A stretch of 56,658 nucleotides of DNA, counting the filler, from Asterionella formosa (Eukaryota), in assembly GCA_002256025.1 (NCBI GenBank). It is 4 parts of 4 records of this genome, joined end to end, with 100 filler letters (N's around TTAATTAATTAA, not from the genome) between each part and the next. Parts side by side here need not be neighbours in the genome. Positions count along the whole stretch, not along the records: positions 14,237 to 28,340 come from NKIB01006202.1; positions 28,441 to 42,508 come from NKIB01006222.1; 2 more parts are not named here. One strand, given 5' to 3'. Position numbers and translations under genes: made by a program. A model generated the notes under the pieces. That model made no database searches. It saw only the letters and a program-made list of their open reading frames with translations, and was not told the DNA's origin. Positions within the stretch are counted from its first letter, which is position 1, and the number at the start of each line of letters is the position of its first letter. Below, in pieces: positions 24,101 to 35,035 of this stretch.

Positions 24101-26626
24101 TCCGAAGGAACGTTTGCCGGCGTCCTTCTCAAACTTAATGCGTTCCTCTACAACTTTTGCCAGAAGAGATCTAAGTTTGGATTCCATGCCAGCCTCAATA
24201 TCAACTAGCTTTCTCTGTGCTTGGGTCAACAACGACAAAATGAGATCATCAGGATCAATCTCAGATATAGGAGCAGGTGTTGGCATCGAAAACGATTTCA
24301 GCACATCCCAAGCAGGCTCTTGAGCAACATCCGGAATGTCTAACAGCGTATCACCAATTTTGCCATCTTTATCCAGGATTTTCAATGCGCCGTTTAAGGC
24401 ATTAATTTGAACGCCAAACGCAATCTTTTGAAGTGTAGATCCAACACCTGTAAAAAAAATGTTGGCCCTCTTTGGACGCGTCATAGGTTTCCTAGGAGTT
24501 GCCGCAAACCCAGTGATAAACGAGTTGGCATCTTCCACATTTGGCAGTCGGACAAGCAGTCGCTCTCGGGAGGACGCGGGAGGCGGCACACACTCGTCGG
24601 CCTTCGGAGTCTTGAATAGCAAGAAAGCGTACTTGTAGCTGCATTTCTTTAGATCGCAAACAAGTGATATAAGGTCGTGCTCCTCGGCGAGCTGTACCAT
24701 GCGGAAGTATTTGATAAGTATCGCAGCTATGTTCTTCGGCACCTGTACCAAACCATACCATACATCACAAGCTCGAGCATGTTCAAGAGCCAATGCAGTC
24801 AGCACAATGACACTCTGCTCGCTCATAGAACCAACATGATTTGGAATGTGAGAATGATTAGGTTGCTCGGCGACTTTCTCATCGTCGAATTCGGGAACCA
24901 ACGTTGACTCGGGTAGGGCTTGTCCGCGAGCCCTGTCGTCGTGCTCATCAATATTTTCCTCAACGGGACCTGCCATATCGACAGACATACTACCTGTAAA
25001 CTTTCCCTCACCTACGTCATCCACGACATTATTCATATCGATAATTTTAGAGTCGTCCATGATAACATTAGTCACTGTTTGTGTTACAATGGCTCCAGCC
25101 AATACTTGTGACACAGGTTCCTCAACTGGGCTTGTCTGAGCAATAGACTTCACAACTCCCTCTCCTTGAAAGGAGTCGATGCAAGTGACTTCACCCGGAG
25201 GCGGCTCAATTTCCTTTCCTAGTGATGATGGTGCGACTCCACTTCGATAGCAATTAATAAAGATAACCAATTCCGACATCTTCTGTTTTTTCAACATGGA
25301 AGCTGCTGATGTTATGCCGTAATGACTTGTTGTTGCTTCTCCGGCTTGTTGATCGTCGAATAGGCGGTACCACGCCAATTTGTAAGAAACTGAATCATGA
25401 TGAGATGTGCAACAACCGAAATCTCCAGCAATATCCATAATCTGGAAATCTGGCAAGTCTTTGAACATCTCGTTGGCCATACCTAAGCATTCTTTCGATA
25501 GAAAGCGCCGAGAAAGTGGATTTAGGGCGGCTCGTTTGAATAGATCGGGCCTCAAGCCCTGTTGGCAGATTGATTGGTACACGGGATCTTGGTAGTCTAG
25601 GATTTCATCGCCTTCTTGCTGTTTCCACACGTCGGCAAAGGCACCGAGCGGGGGAATTGTCTTGTAACCTTCATCTTTTTGGATTGGAATGGTGGCCGGG
25701 TTCAAGGCAACGCGCGCATCACCTACAGGAGGATGAACCTCAAATCCTAGCACACGTGCATAGTACGAAAGTGGGTAGGTATCAAGGTGATGGAAGACAA
25801 TATCGCTCCACACGTACAGTTCTGCAGCGTTTGGATGATCTGAGTCTGCTTTCGGCACGTCTACAAGTGGATTTGTCAAGCGGTCTGGGTCGTCATCAAT
25901 TATATGAATTTTGGGTCGTCGTTCGGGAAGTCGAGGATTGCCCGAAGACTTTCTTTTTGTTTTCTTGTCACTTGTTTTCTTTTCAATTCTTTTCCCTTGC
26001 TTCTTCTTCCCTTTTTTCGCAGCGGGGCCTCGAGTCTTTGCGGATACACCTGAAGATACCCCTGATAGTGCCCCTTCTGTGCCTGGTCGCTGCTGAATCG
26101 AAAATCCACGCGCAATTCCTGAGATTGCATGATGTATCATGGGCAGGGGACTAACAGTAGGAACTGATACAGTTTCTACGGCAGGGGCGACTCCCAGAAT
26201 TGAAGAAAATTTTCCTTCCATCACAGGTTTCCAAATTCGTTTGCGGTTGTTGGAAAACCAGCTCGACAATTGCTTGGGATCAATACCGGTATCTCGTATT
26301 ATTTGCGCCTTCTCGTCCTGTGAGGGGAAGGGGTGAGCAATATGCTCTGGAGACATCATCCATGCTTTGAGGTAATCTATAGTCTCAGCAGGTACTTTAT
26401 GGTGCGCTGACATCGGCAAGGCTCGATGCTTTTTTGGTGGCACTTCCAATACGGGCACGGATGCAACAGCGGGAGGAGGCTTTGAGGGCTGCGGTGGGTC
26501 CCCAGGACGCCGCTCATCTTCCACGGATGAATTCTGGTCATCTTCTTGTTTTGCCAACTTTAGGGGAGCAGTAGGTTGTGCTTCCCTAGGAGGTTTTTCC
26601 ATCAGACAAAGAGACTCGTCCACCAT
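21140..26626 (-). CDS. TALE homeodomain + PHD/extended-PHD (BRPF/JADE-like PZP) chromatin protein; 2 exons (26626-22827, 22739-21140)
   Basis: LKAWMMSPEHIAHPFP...WFSNNRKR (TALE HD); [31 protein letters not shown] (PHD); CELCP...WVHVLCAKW...LHVSCAR (ePHD). The GT-AG intron 22740-22826 joins the ORFs in frame and completes a second ePHD. Confidence 0.88.
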
Positions 26627-27201
26627 TCTAGCGCTGATTTAATCAGAGAAGCTAAAGGATTCATAATTATGATGTGGCTGAATGCACCTGTTGTTTATAG
26701 GACGAGCCTTGGAAGCATGTATTCATACCGGCATGTGATGTACAGGTAAGTTAGGGTTACCAGCAGAAGTGCTGTAGTTTTTTACCAGCACTGGTAACCT
26801 GGTACCTGGTACCTGGTACCTATACCGGTACCTCTAGATATGATGTACATACATGCATGCTATCTAATGTACACCCATACTTATCATACAGCCAAGAAAA
26901 TAAAAAGGAGAGGAATCTATCTTATACATCCTCTTATTCCAGCCATTGGAAAATAAATACCGGTAGATTAGTCTACCGGTAGTGTAGCTACAGTGTGAAC
27001 AAAAAAAACCAAGCAAAGCACCGCAATTTGCTGTACTGTTATCTTGTTCATTTTTTCAAAATTAAAAAACGGTACTACCGGCTGTAGATACTGAACAGAT
27101 AGAGCACTACCAGGTACCATAAATCATAAGAGGAACATTCACCATATGGGTCATCCTCACCAGAATAATCAATCATCATAGCGAAAGGAACAGCGACCCT
27201 A

Positions 27202-27984
27202 ATGTCCACGGACTCGATGATAATGACAGCATTGCTTCGATCGCTTTTGTTGTACCTGTCAGTTCAGCATGCATGCTCCTTTTCCATTCCTCGACCTCTC
27301 AAAGGTGTGATTTTCGACATGGATGGGACTCTCATCAAGTCAGTCATTGACTTTCCTGACATGAGGCGACGGATTTATGAAGTTGCCTCAGAAGACCTTG
27401 GCATAGACGTGCGGGAAGGAGACGTTCTGGCCTTGGCAACGTCATTGTCAGTGCAGGGTCAAGAGAAAGCGAATTCCGTCTTTCGAGATATCGAAGCCAA
27501 GGCCATCCGAGATATGGAGTTGAATGAAGGCATGTTGGACCTATGTGAATTTTTGGATAAGCTGCGAATACCGAGAGCTCTCTTAACTAGAAATGTAGAA
27601 GCAACTGTTGAGCACCTGCATAAGAGTAAAATGCACGCGACAGCAAGGTTTCATCCTGCTATTTCGAGAGACACAGTCCATAAGGGGGAAATCATTCGGC
27701 CGAAACCATTTCCAGATGCAATCATCTACATTTGCCAACAATGGGGTTGCGAACCTTCTCAGGTTGTTATGGTTGGCGATTCCCTTCATGATGACATTGT
27801 GGCTGCTAATCGAGCAGGTAGCATATCAGTGCACCTAACGACTATTCACGACAATGATTCTGGAACAGCAAGCGCGAGCAGTGACGACGAGCAAGTTCCA
27901 GATATAGTTATTCAGAGTCTACGAGAGTTGCAAGAACTTTTGCAGGAAGTTGATGTTGTCACTAAAAAAAAACGGCTGTTGTAG
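27202..27984 (+). CDS. HAD-superfamily hydrolase, probably plastid-targeted
   Basis: FDMDGTL (motif I), LTRN, KPFPD, MVGDSLHDD; hydrophobic leader ending ACS-FSI, resembling the ASAFAP motif. Confidence 0.88.
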   Translation: MSTDSMIMTALLRSLLLYLSVQHACSFSIPRPLKGVIFDMDGTLIKSVIDFPDMRRRIYEVASEDLGIDVREGDVLALATSLSVQGQEKANSVFRDIEAKAIRDMELNEGMLDLCEFLDKLRIPRALLTRNVEATVEHLHKSKMHATARFHPAISRDTVHKGEIIRPKPFPDAIIYICQQWGCEPSQVVMVGDSLHDDIVAANRAGSISVHLTTIHDNDSGTASASSDDEQVPDIVIQSLRELQELLQEVDVVTKKKRLL

Positions 27985-28340
27985 ACTTGTTATAATAATT
28001 CCTAGAGCCAGGAACTAAAACTATTGGTTGGACATTTTGGATCAGCTTGTGACTGAAAGTTTCTAACTACCGGTACGCATTTGCTAGGTACACCACTGTT
28101 GAAAGGTCTCGTACTCCTTCCCGTCTGACGGGTTCTTCTTACGTAAAACTTACCTGTTATACCACTAGTATTGTTATCTTCTTTCTGCTGCTAGCCTTCG
28201 TGCTAGTTTTCGCTATTGACCTTACTCTGTCAATTCTCACTGTTTCTTAATTATAAGATTAAACTAAAACTAAGTTTCAATCCCATTCATCACACTTCGA
28301 GAACCTGTTCTTCGTGTTCCCTTTTCGTTGATGTAAACCT

Positions 28341-28440
28341 NNNNNNNNNNNNNNNNNNNNNNNNNNNNNNNNNNNNNNNNNNNNTTAATTAATTAANNNN
28401 NNNNNNNNNNNNNNNNNNNNNNNNNNNNNNNNNNNNNNNN
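28341..28440. other. Artificial contig-join spacer
   Basis: 44 N + TTAATTAATTAA + 44 N. Confidence 0.95.
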
Positions 28441-28451
28441 AAAATGGACAT

Positions 28452-30459
28452 CTAATAGTCTCCGCCCAAACCAGGATGCTGCCAATTTTCTGGTTGGGGA
28501 GGCGATTGCTGGCCAGCTTGCGGTGGATGTTGCTGACCGCCTTGAGGTGGTTGCTGTTCCTGTTGCTGTAATGTCCTACCTTGGTGTGGAGCATACTGGC
28601 CACCTTGCTGCTGAGGAGGGTATCCATATGGACCGCCACGAGGCGGATATTGCTGTTGCTGTCCTGTTGGCGGTCCTCTCCACTGGCCCTGCTGCGGAGG
28701 ACCCTGGTGTTGCTGTGGCTGGTGTGGGTAAGGAGGGTTTCCTTTCGGCTGGCCATATTGGGGCGGATAGCCACCTTGTCCACCATACTTCGGGGGAGGA
28801 TATCCACCTGGTTGTTGTGGCGGCGCTCCATATCCAGACATAGAATAGCCACCTGGTGGTTGCTGCGGTGGAGTATCAGACTTCTCAAAGAGCGCACCAA
28901 CACCTGTTCTTGCTTGTGACCAAAGACCTGTTGATCCCAGAAATTAGTGCGAAGAAATGGTCAAAGATGCAAATTTATAGACCATCCTTTAACTTACCGG
29001 TAGTAGTAGAACCAATCGTTTGACCCGCTGCAGTTGCGCTAGTGACGACGGACTCTCGGGCCTGCTCAACGGCCACTTTCGTTCTGTTACCAAATCCAAG
29101 AAGTCCCTGCCAAGTCTTTCCAAGGGCTTCTTTGACGGCGCTTGTAGTCTCTGCAGGGATCAGTTGGTTCTGCGGTGGCTGCTGAGGCGGTCTCAGCTGT
29201 CCGGGATATTGGTTGTATTGTCCTGGGTATTGGGTCCCGTATTGTCCATACTGACCGTATTGATGGCCGATTGGAGACTGTTGATGCTGAGGAGGCGTCC
29301 CACGCGGGTTTTGTTGCTGTTGCCAGGGAGGGCGCTGTCCGTGTTGAGGCATTCCCTGTTGCTGAGGAAGCTGCTGGAATCCCGGAGGAGGGCCCTGTTG
29401 TTGCGTTCCAAATTGGTGTCCAGGAGGTTGCTGTTGTTGATGTAACGGAGGTCCTTTTTGCTGTTGAGGTGGTCCCAGCTGTTGTGGAGGGCGTCCTTGC
29501 TGTTGTGGAGGAGGCCCCTGCTGTTGTGGCGGGTGGTTAAATCGCTCCTGCTGAGGCGATTGCTGGAAAGGCGGTTTCTGCAGCTGTGGTGGGCGATTGA
29601 AATGTTCCTGTATGGGTGGCTGCTGGAATGTCGGTTTCTGTTCCTGCTGAGAGTGAGCGTACTGTTGTGGTGGTCTAGCGAACCCTACATCTGAATTCCC
29701 TTCCCTCGCAGGCTCGGGCTCCGCAATTTTGACAATATCCTCTTGCTGCATTTTCCAAGGATCTGATTGCTGTCCTTGCTGCTGAGATCCGGGCTGGACT
29801 CCCCAAGGCGGCAGCTGATCACGCAACTGCTGTAGTTCCACACCCCAAGGTTGTGGCTGCTGTTCCGGGGACGTATGGGACTTTGGAACATCCTGCCGTC
29901 CCTGAGGGTTTTCATATGTATGCTGCTGACTTTGGGACTCCGGTTCAGGTTCTGGCTGACGCTCTTCTTGTGGTTTTTGATCAGACCCTTGTGCATATCC
30001 AACCAAAGGCCGATAGTAAGATTCACCCGGTGGCGCCTCCTCATACTTTCTTTCCGAAACACCAACCAATTCATCCTCTGTATCCAAAGGCTGCACTTCC
30101 GGATCAGTGACAATTTCCACGAGCTCGGGTTGACCATCTTCCTTCGGTTCGGCAACTGGCTTGTCCCAAGTTGTTGTTCCATCCTTTTCGTTGTAGTAGT
30201 AAGGTTGACCGCTGGATGGATCTGTGTACTCCACCCAACCATCCGGCAAACCATCCTCATGCGATTCATCCCTCATAGCTTCAGGTTCTCCTTTCTGTTG
30301 CCCGAACTGCTCATATTGCGAATGTTGATTCCATTGTTGCTGATATTGACTGATAGGTTGTTGCTGATAGCGGCTGCTGTACCCTCCGCCAGGCGAAGAC
30401 CCATGAGATATTGATACTCCCCACAAGAGAACGGCAACAACATGCGGCCGGAACTTCAT
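28452..30459 (-). CDS. Signal-peptide, WW-domain, Q/P/G/Y-rich protein; 2 exons (30459-28998, 28927-28452)
   Basis: MKFRPHVVAVLLWGVSISHG leader; LPDGWVEYTDPSSGQPYYYNEKDGTTTWDKP (WW). The GTAAG...CAG intron 28928-28997 joins the two ORFs in frame. Confidence 0.85.
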
Positions 30460-31112
30460 GTTACAGGAAACCACTCAGCCCAAGGATCGTAAACAATACC
30501 ACCTCTTATGTCAAGTCTCAGAAATGGTATTGAGTGTGTATTACCACTTATCAATAAGAGTGGAATTGATGGAGATCCATCATCATCATCGAATGATGTG
30601 AGACTGAGAGGTTGGCCCACGTAGCTATGCTACTGGTAGGCGGTCTCGTATCTTTTCCTCATTCGCCCATTCTTAGTTCCACGCGTTATTTGCTTCGCAC
30701 AAGTTCAGTATACACGTGTTCAATACTGGTGCCTGGTGGAGTACCAAACTTCCTGGCTGCACGCGTCGTCTGTACCACACTCGGCCTGGCAACCTGGTAC
30801 TAGGTACATGAAATGCCCACAGAACTGGTATTCTCTGTTTATGATTTCATTACTATGTAGTGGCACCTGGTACATGGAAGGAAGGTCTGGTGGCGCACGT
30901 TCAATGCGCACCTTTCTGTTTCGACACACTCTCAAGAGATCATATCATGCCTGCTGGATGAGATAGATTGGCTTTTCATTCCTAATTATCATTCATTTAA
31001 TCCAAGTCGTGTTCTCATCATCGAAATCGTGTTCACCTACTCCTACTGGTAATGGTGCTCAGCAACTGGATGATGGTTTGCTAATGGAATTCACCAACAA
31101 TCAATAACTTCC

Positions 31113-32585
31113 TTCTAGTCACAGTCAGCAATTTCTAGTTGTAGTCAGCAGTTTCTAGTCGTTGTCAGCAGATATTTACTCGCTATATAAATCTGAACAA
31201 CTCCTTCATTACAATAATTAGCGTATCTTCCAAACTAAGTTCAAACCGTGCGTTTACTCCGTTTAGCGGTGGCTTACAGTTCAAAAGTCGTCATAGCAGT
31301 GGCTTACAGTTTTTAACTGGTACCACCTAAAAACTGAGAGTCAACGTTAAATCGAGTAAATTCACGTTTTGGGCTAAATATGCTAGATACGCCAATCAAT
31401 GTTGTAGCGATTTATGTACTAACCAATAATGATCATGCTTTGAACTCGTCAATTAGCTAGCATTACTTCCGTATTTGGTCCCAAAGGTTGCTGTCGACGA
31501 GAAATGAAATAAAAAAGCTAAAATAATTTTTACTCCATTCAGCTGGCATCACCTGTAATATATGTATACAGGTATTAGAAAGTATTTCTGTCGGTAGATT
31601 CATTTAGTGTCCAAATAGATTTTTTGTTACGGTAAAATATATAACAATGTCATTTTGCATTCTCCTCTACCTAAATGGAGAACATCAGCTGCGACCTCTT
31701 GGCGTGACTACCTGAAACACTACGTACGAGCAGGATTTGTCGAGAAATCACAAAAATCACCTGTGAAATGAATTGAAACAAGAGGAGGACCACTGGACAG
31801 ATGAGAACTTGTTGAAGTGATTGATATGCGAGGTCCGAACGAATACTTGACAAATATGCTACCAGTACTGTTATGATTGGCACTTAAAACCCTGGTACCT
31901 GGCACCGGTAGCTGGTACCGCTAATTATAGGATCAACAAAAGTAATAGAAAATAGTTTTTGTGGTAACAATCGAGTTAAAAAACACGGTTTGGGGGTAAA
32001 AAATCTTCATGTATAGATTAAAAAGTATGTATTGAGAGTCAACGTTACGAGTGAAAATGGGTAAGACTAAATTGCTTAGATCTCCATAACTGTATGTTCT
32101 ATTAAGAAACTTCGATAATTTTAGTCGAAAGAAGGAGTACTGAAACGTTGACTCTCAGTTTTTAGGTGGTACCCTGAAAATATATATCCTATGTAGCAAT
32201 AGTATAGATGGTGTGATAAGTGATGTGTATGATATGCATTGCAAATAGTATAGTGGTACCCTGGTAAGCTGTTGCATTTGGCGTGATAATGATTGTGACC
32301 ATGTTTATAGATATGATGTTATGTATGCTTGTATGTAGTAGTATTGGCAAGGCTATCAGGGGGTAGTGGTTGTGTTTGTCCATGTATATACTCCATAGGC
32401 ATAAGGGTCATTCAGAAAATCTATTCTTATATTTGCAAGTCCAAGTTGTTGCCAGCAAATTCTAGTTGCTGTCAGCAAGTTCTAGTTGTAGTCCACAAGT
32501 TCTAGTCATAGTCAGCAAATTTTAGTAGTTGTCAGGAAATCCTAGTCATTGTCAGCAAGTTCTAGTCGTAATCAGCAACTTCTAA
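31113..32585. repeat. Degenerate (GTCAGCAAGTTCTAGT)n arrays at 31113-31170 and 32451-32585; related GTCAGCA arrays at 40490-40590 and 41270-41420
   Basis: Direct reading of ~20-bp periodic units. Confidence 0.7.
31323..32169. mobile_element. MITE / non-autonomous Tc1-mariner-like element
   Basis: Perfect 26-bp TIRs ccacctaaaaactgagagtcaacgtt (31323-31348 and 32144-32169), flanked by TA on both sides; no transposase ORF. Confidence 0.85.
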
Positions 32586-33049
32586 ATGTAGAAAGGTAGG
32601 ATTCCTATGTGGACTCTGAAGCTAGAAGACACTTTGCTGAACCCATTAAAATCCAAGTTGTGTTCAGAGACTCACTCTGCAAATTGTCAAAAAGAGTAAT
32701 GTTTTCCTAAATTACTGAAGGAACATTATTTTCATCAAAAGCTGGCTTATCTCCTCCGGCAGACATGAGACGATCCATTAGGAGTGCATTGAAACTGAAA
32801 GGTGCACATAGAACGTGCACTACCAGGGTGCTTTACATACAATTCCTGGGTCCCCTCCTACATACCAGTTAGTACATAAATGCAGGTCATAGTATTGTAA
32901 CAGCAAGGGATGAAAATGAATGTACATATGCAGATAATTATTTACCTCAAGTTTCCACTCAAATGGCACAACCTTTCAAATTCACCAAGCACTATACCGG
33001 TAGGCTAATAAACAGACTGAAATAACAAAAGAACAACAGAAGTTTGAAT

Positions 33050-35035
33050 TTACCTATTACGTAGGACTTCAAAGACCAGCTCCATATTGCTCCTGCCCAT
33101 TTCTTCAAAGGACTTGGTTTTCGAGACTTCCTCAAAATGGGAAAGCATATATTTCAATGCCTTCATTCGCAATGTGGTTGCCGAATGCATGTCTGCGGCA
33201 TGAAATATTCCAGCTGCATTATCCACAGAAATAGAGTGAAGCATTCGACGTTCACACATTGTTTTGAGACGAGGAATCATAAACAAATCAGCCGCTTCAA
33301 ACAATTCCATAGCTGAATCAAAGGGAATGTGAACTTCGTCCGTGTAAAGGTACTCCAAAACGGACAAAAAAACATGATGACTGACTTGTTCCATGCGAAT
33401 AGTTGCAAGTTGAGACTCACGCATTTGTCCAAGAAAGAGAGCTCGAAAATAGGAGCACCTCATGAGCATAAACTTGTGAGCGTACACCTCCTGTTCCTCC
33501 ACAACGAAGGTAACATCTGAAAGCGTATCATCATTAACCATAGCTCTAAAGTCTGAAATAATAGTTGAAGGTGGAACTTCACAACTCAAATCATAGGCAG
33601 CAAAGTCAAATCGAAGGAAATCGTTAAGGCGCTCCGAACCATCATATCCTCCAAACACATACATGGCATCATGATAGACAACAGCAACGTGACAGAATCG
33701 ATGACCAGGTTGTTCACCAGATGTCGACTTGACTTGTCGCCACTTGGCTGCAGCTGTAGAGCTCAGTGGAAGCTGAAGCTCATGCAAGTCATTCATAGCG
33801 GAGCCACTCGAGCCACCAAAGATGTACATGGAATTGCCGTGAATGACACTGACATGAGAGTCCCGAGGAATTGGTGGTGTGCCCTCCGTTACCAAAGAAG
33901 CCCAAATTCGTGTCTCAAAATCAAATACTTGAGTATCGGATAAGTGCCTTGTGCCGTCGTGCCCCCCAAAGAGTAACATGGTGTTCTTGTGCACAACGCA
34001 GGTGGCACGGTATCGGGCTCGTGGCCGACGCCCAGCCGCTTGCACTAAACTCCACTTCGAATGACTAAAGTCAAATTGATGCAGGTCCGATTTATATGAT
34101 CCGTCGTACCCTCCAAAGACATACATGGAATTTCCATGAACGACAGCTGCGTGAGAATGTCGTTCCGACGGAGGCGTTCCTGAGAGCGGTAGAACTTCTC
34201 TCCAGCACATCGATGAGAAATCAAAGGCGAAAAAATCCGATACTCTGGAAGTCCCGTCAAACCCTCCGAATACATAAAATGAATTGCCGTACACAACAGA
34301 CACGTGCCTATCCCGTGGGCTAGGAGGTCTTCCCGAATTGGAAGCCGGTAACACTGGACTGAACCGCTTTTCCGAGAAGGAAAAACAGTGAAAGTCGTTT
34401 ACTCGAGCATGTCCATCGTAACCTCCAAAGACGTAAAGACACCCATTCAAGACAGCAGCTGTATGCAAGGATCTCTCACAGGGAGGGGCCCCACCAGAGG
34501 TAGTAGAGGATAGCTCCATGAGGGACCAACCGCTATTCTCTCGCCCCTGTAAATGAGATCCTGATTGCTGGGCCCCAGGTCCAGGAGGCGCCAGCTCCGG
34601 ATTATAGCGGTTCTCGTTGTATGCTCGCAAAATATTTTCTGAGGCTCTTGCAGCTGCGTCCGAGTAGTACGAGTTTCTGGTTCGTGAAGGCACAGTATAA
34701 CTTCGATAGGCCATCTCCCGCGTGCCAACAGGAGCGCTGGCCACCGACGAATCAGGCCAGTTGGACGGAGTTCGATTCTCGACATAGCGAGGCGGCGCAG
34801 GAGCTTGTTGTCGAAGCAGTGACTGGTGCGAGGAGGGAGGGAGTGCCCTAGATTGTAAATCCGAGCGCATTGGTACCAATTCTTGCATTGTGGATTGTCG
34901 AAGCGACCGCTGGTGGGAGTCTTCACGTGCCCCACCAGGATGACTGCCATCTTGGAACTCTACGTTTCTTACCGCTTCCGCAAGATCCATATCATCGCTG
35001 GATGCAGCGTGCTCTTCATCTTGAGAGATGTTCAT
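33050..35035 (-). CDS. Kelch-repeat + BTB/POZ protein (LZTR1-like)
   Basis: Six Kelch repeats (YVFGGYDG) followed by a BTB domain (SDVTFVVEEQEVYAHKFML...YLYTD). Confidence 0.92.
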   Translation of the reverse strand: MNISQDEEHAASSDDMDLAEAVRNVEFQDGSHPGGAREDSHQRSLRQSTMQELVPMRSDLQSRALPPSSHQSLLRQQAPAPPRYVENRTPSNWPDSSVASAPVGTREMAYRSYTVPSRTRNSYYSDAAARASENILRAYNENRYNPELAPPGPGAQQSGSHLQGRENSGWSLMELSSTTSGGAPPCERSLHTAAVLNGCLYVFGGYDGHARVNDFHCFSFSEKRFSPVLPASNSGRPPSPRDRHVSVVYGNSFYVFGGFDGTSRVSDFFAFDFSSMCWREVLPLSGTPPSERHSHAAVVHGNSMYVFGGYDGSYKSDLHQFDFSHSKWSLVQAAGRRPRARYRATCVVHKNTMLLFGGHDGTRHLSDTQVFDFETRIWASLVTEGTPPIPRDSHVSVIHGNSMYIFGGSSGSAMNDLHELQLPLSSTAAAKWRQVKSTSGEQPGHRFCHVAVVYHDAMYVFGGYDGSERLNDFLRFDFAAYDLSCEVPPSTIISDFRAMVNDDTLSDVTFVVEEQEVYAHKFMLMRCSYFRALFLGQMRESQLATIRMEQVSHHVFLSVLEYLYTDEVHIPFDSAMELFEAADLFMIPRLKTMCERRMLHSISVDNAAGIFHAADMHSATTLRMKALKYMLSHFEEVSKTKSFEEMGRSNMELVFEVLRNR

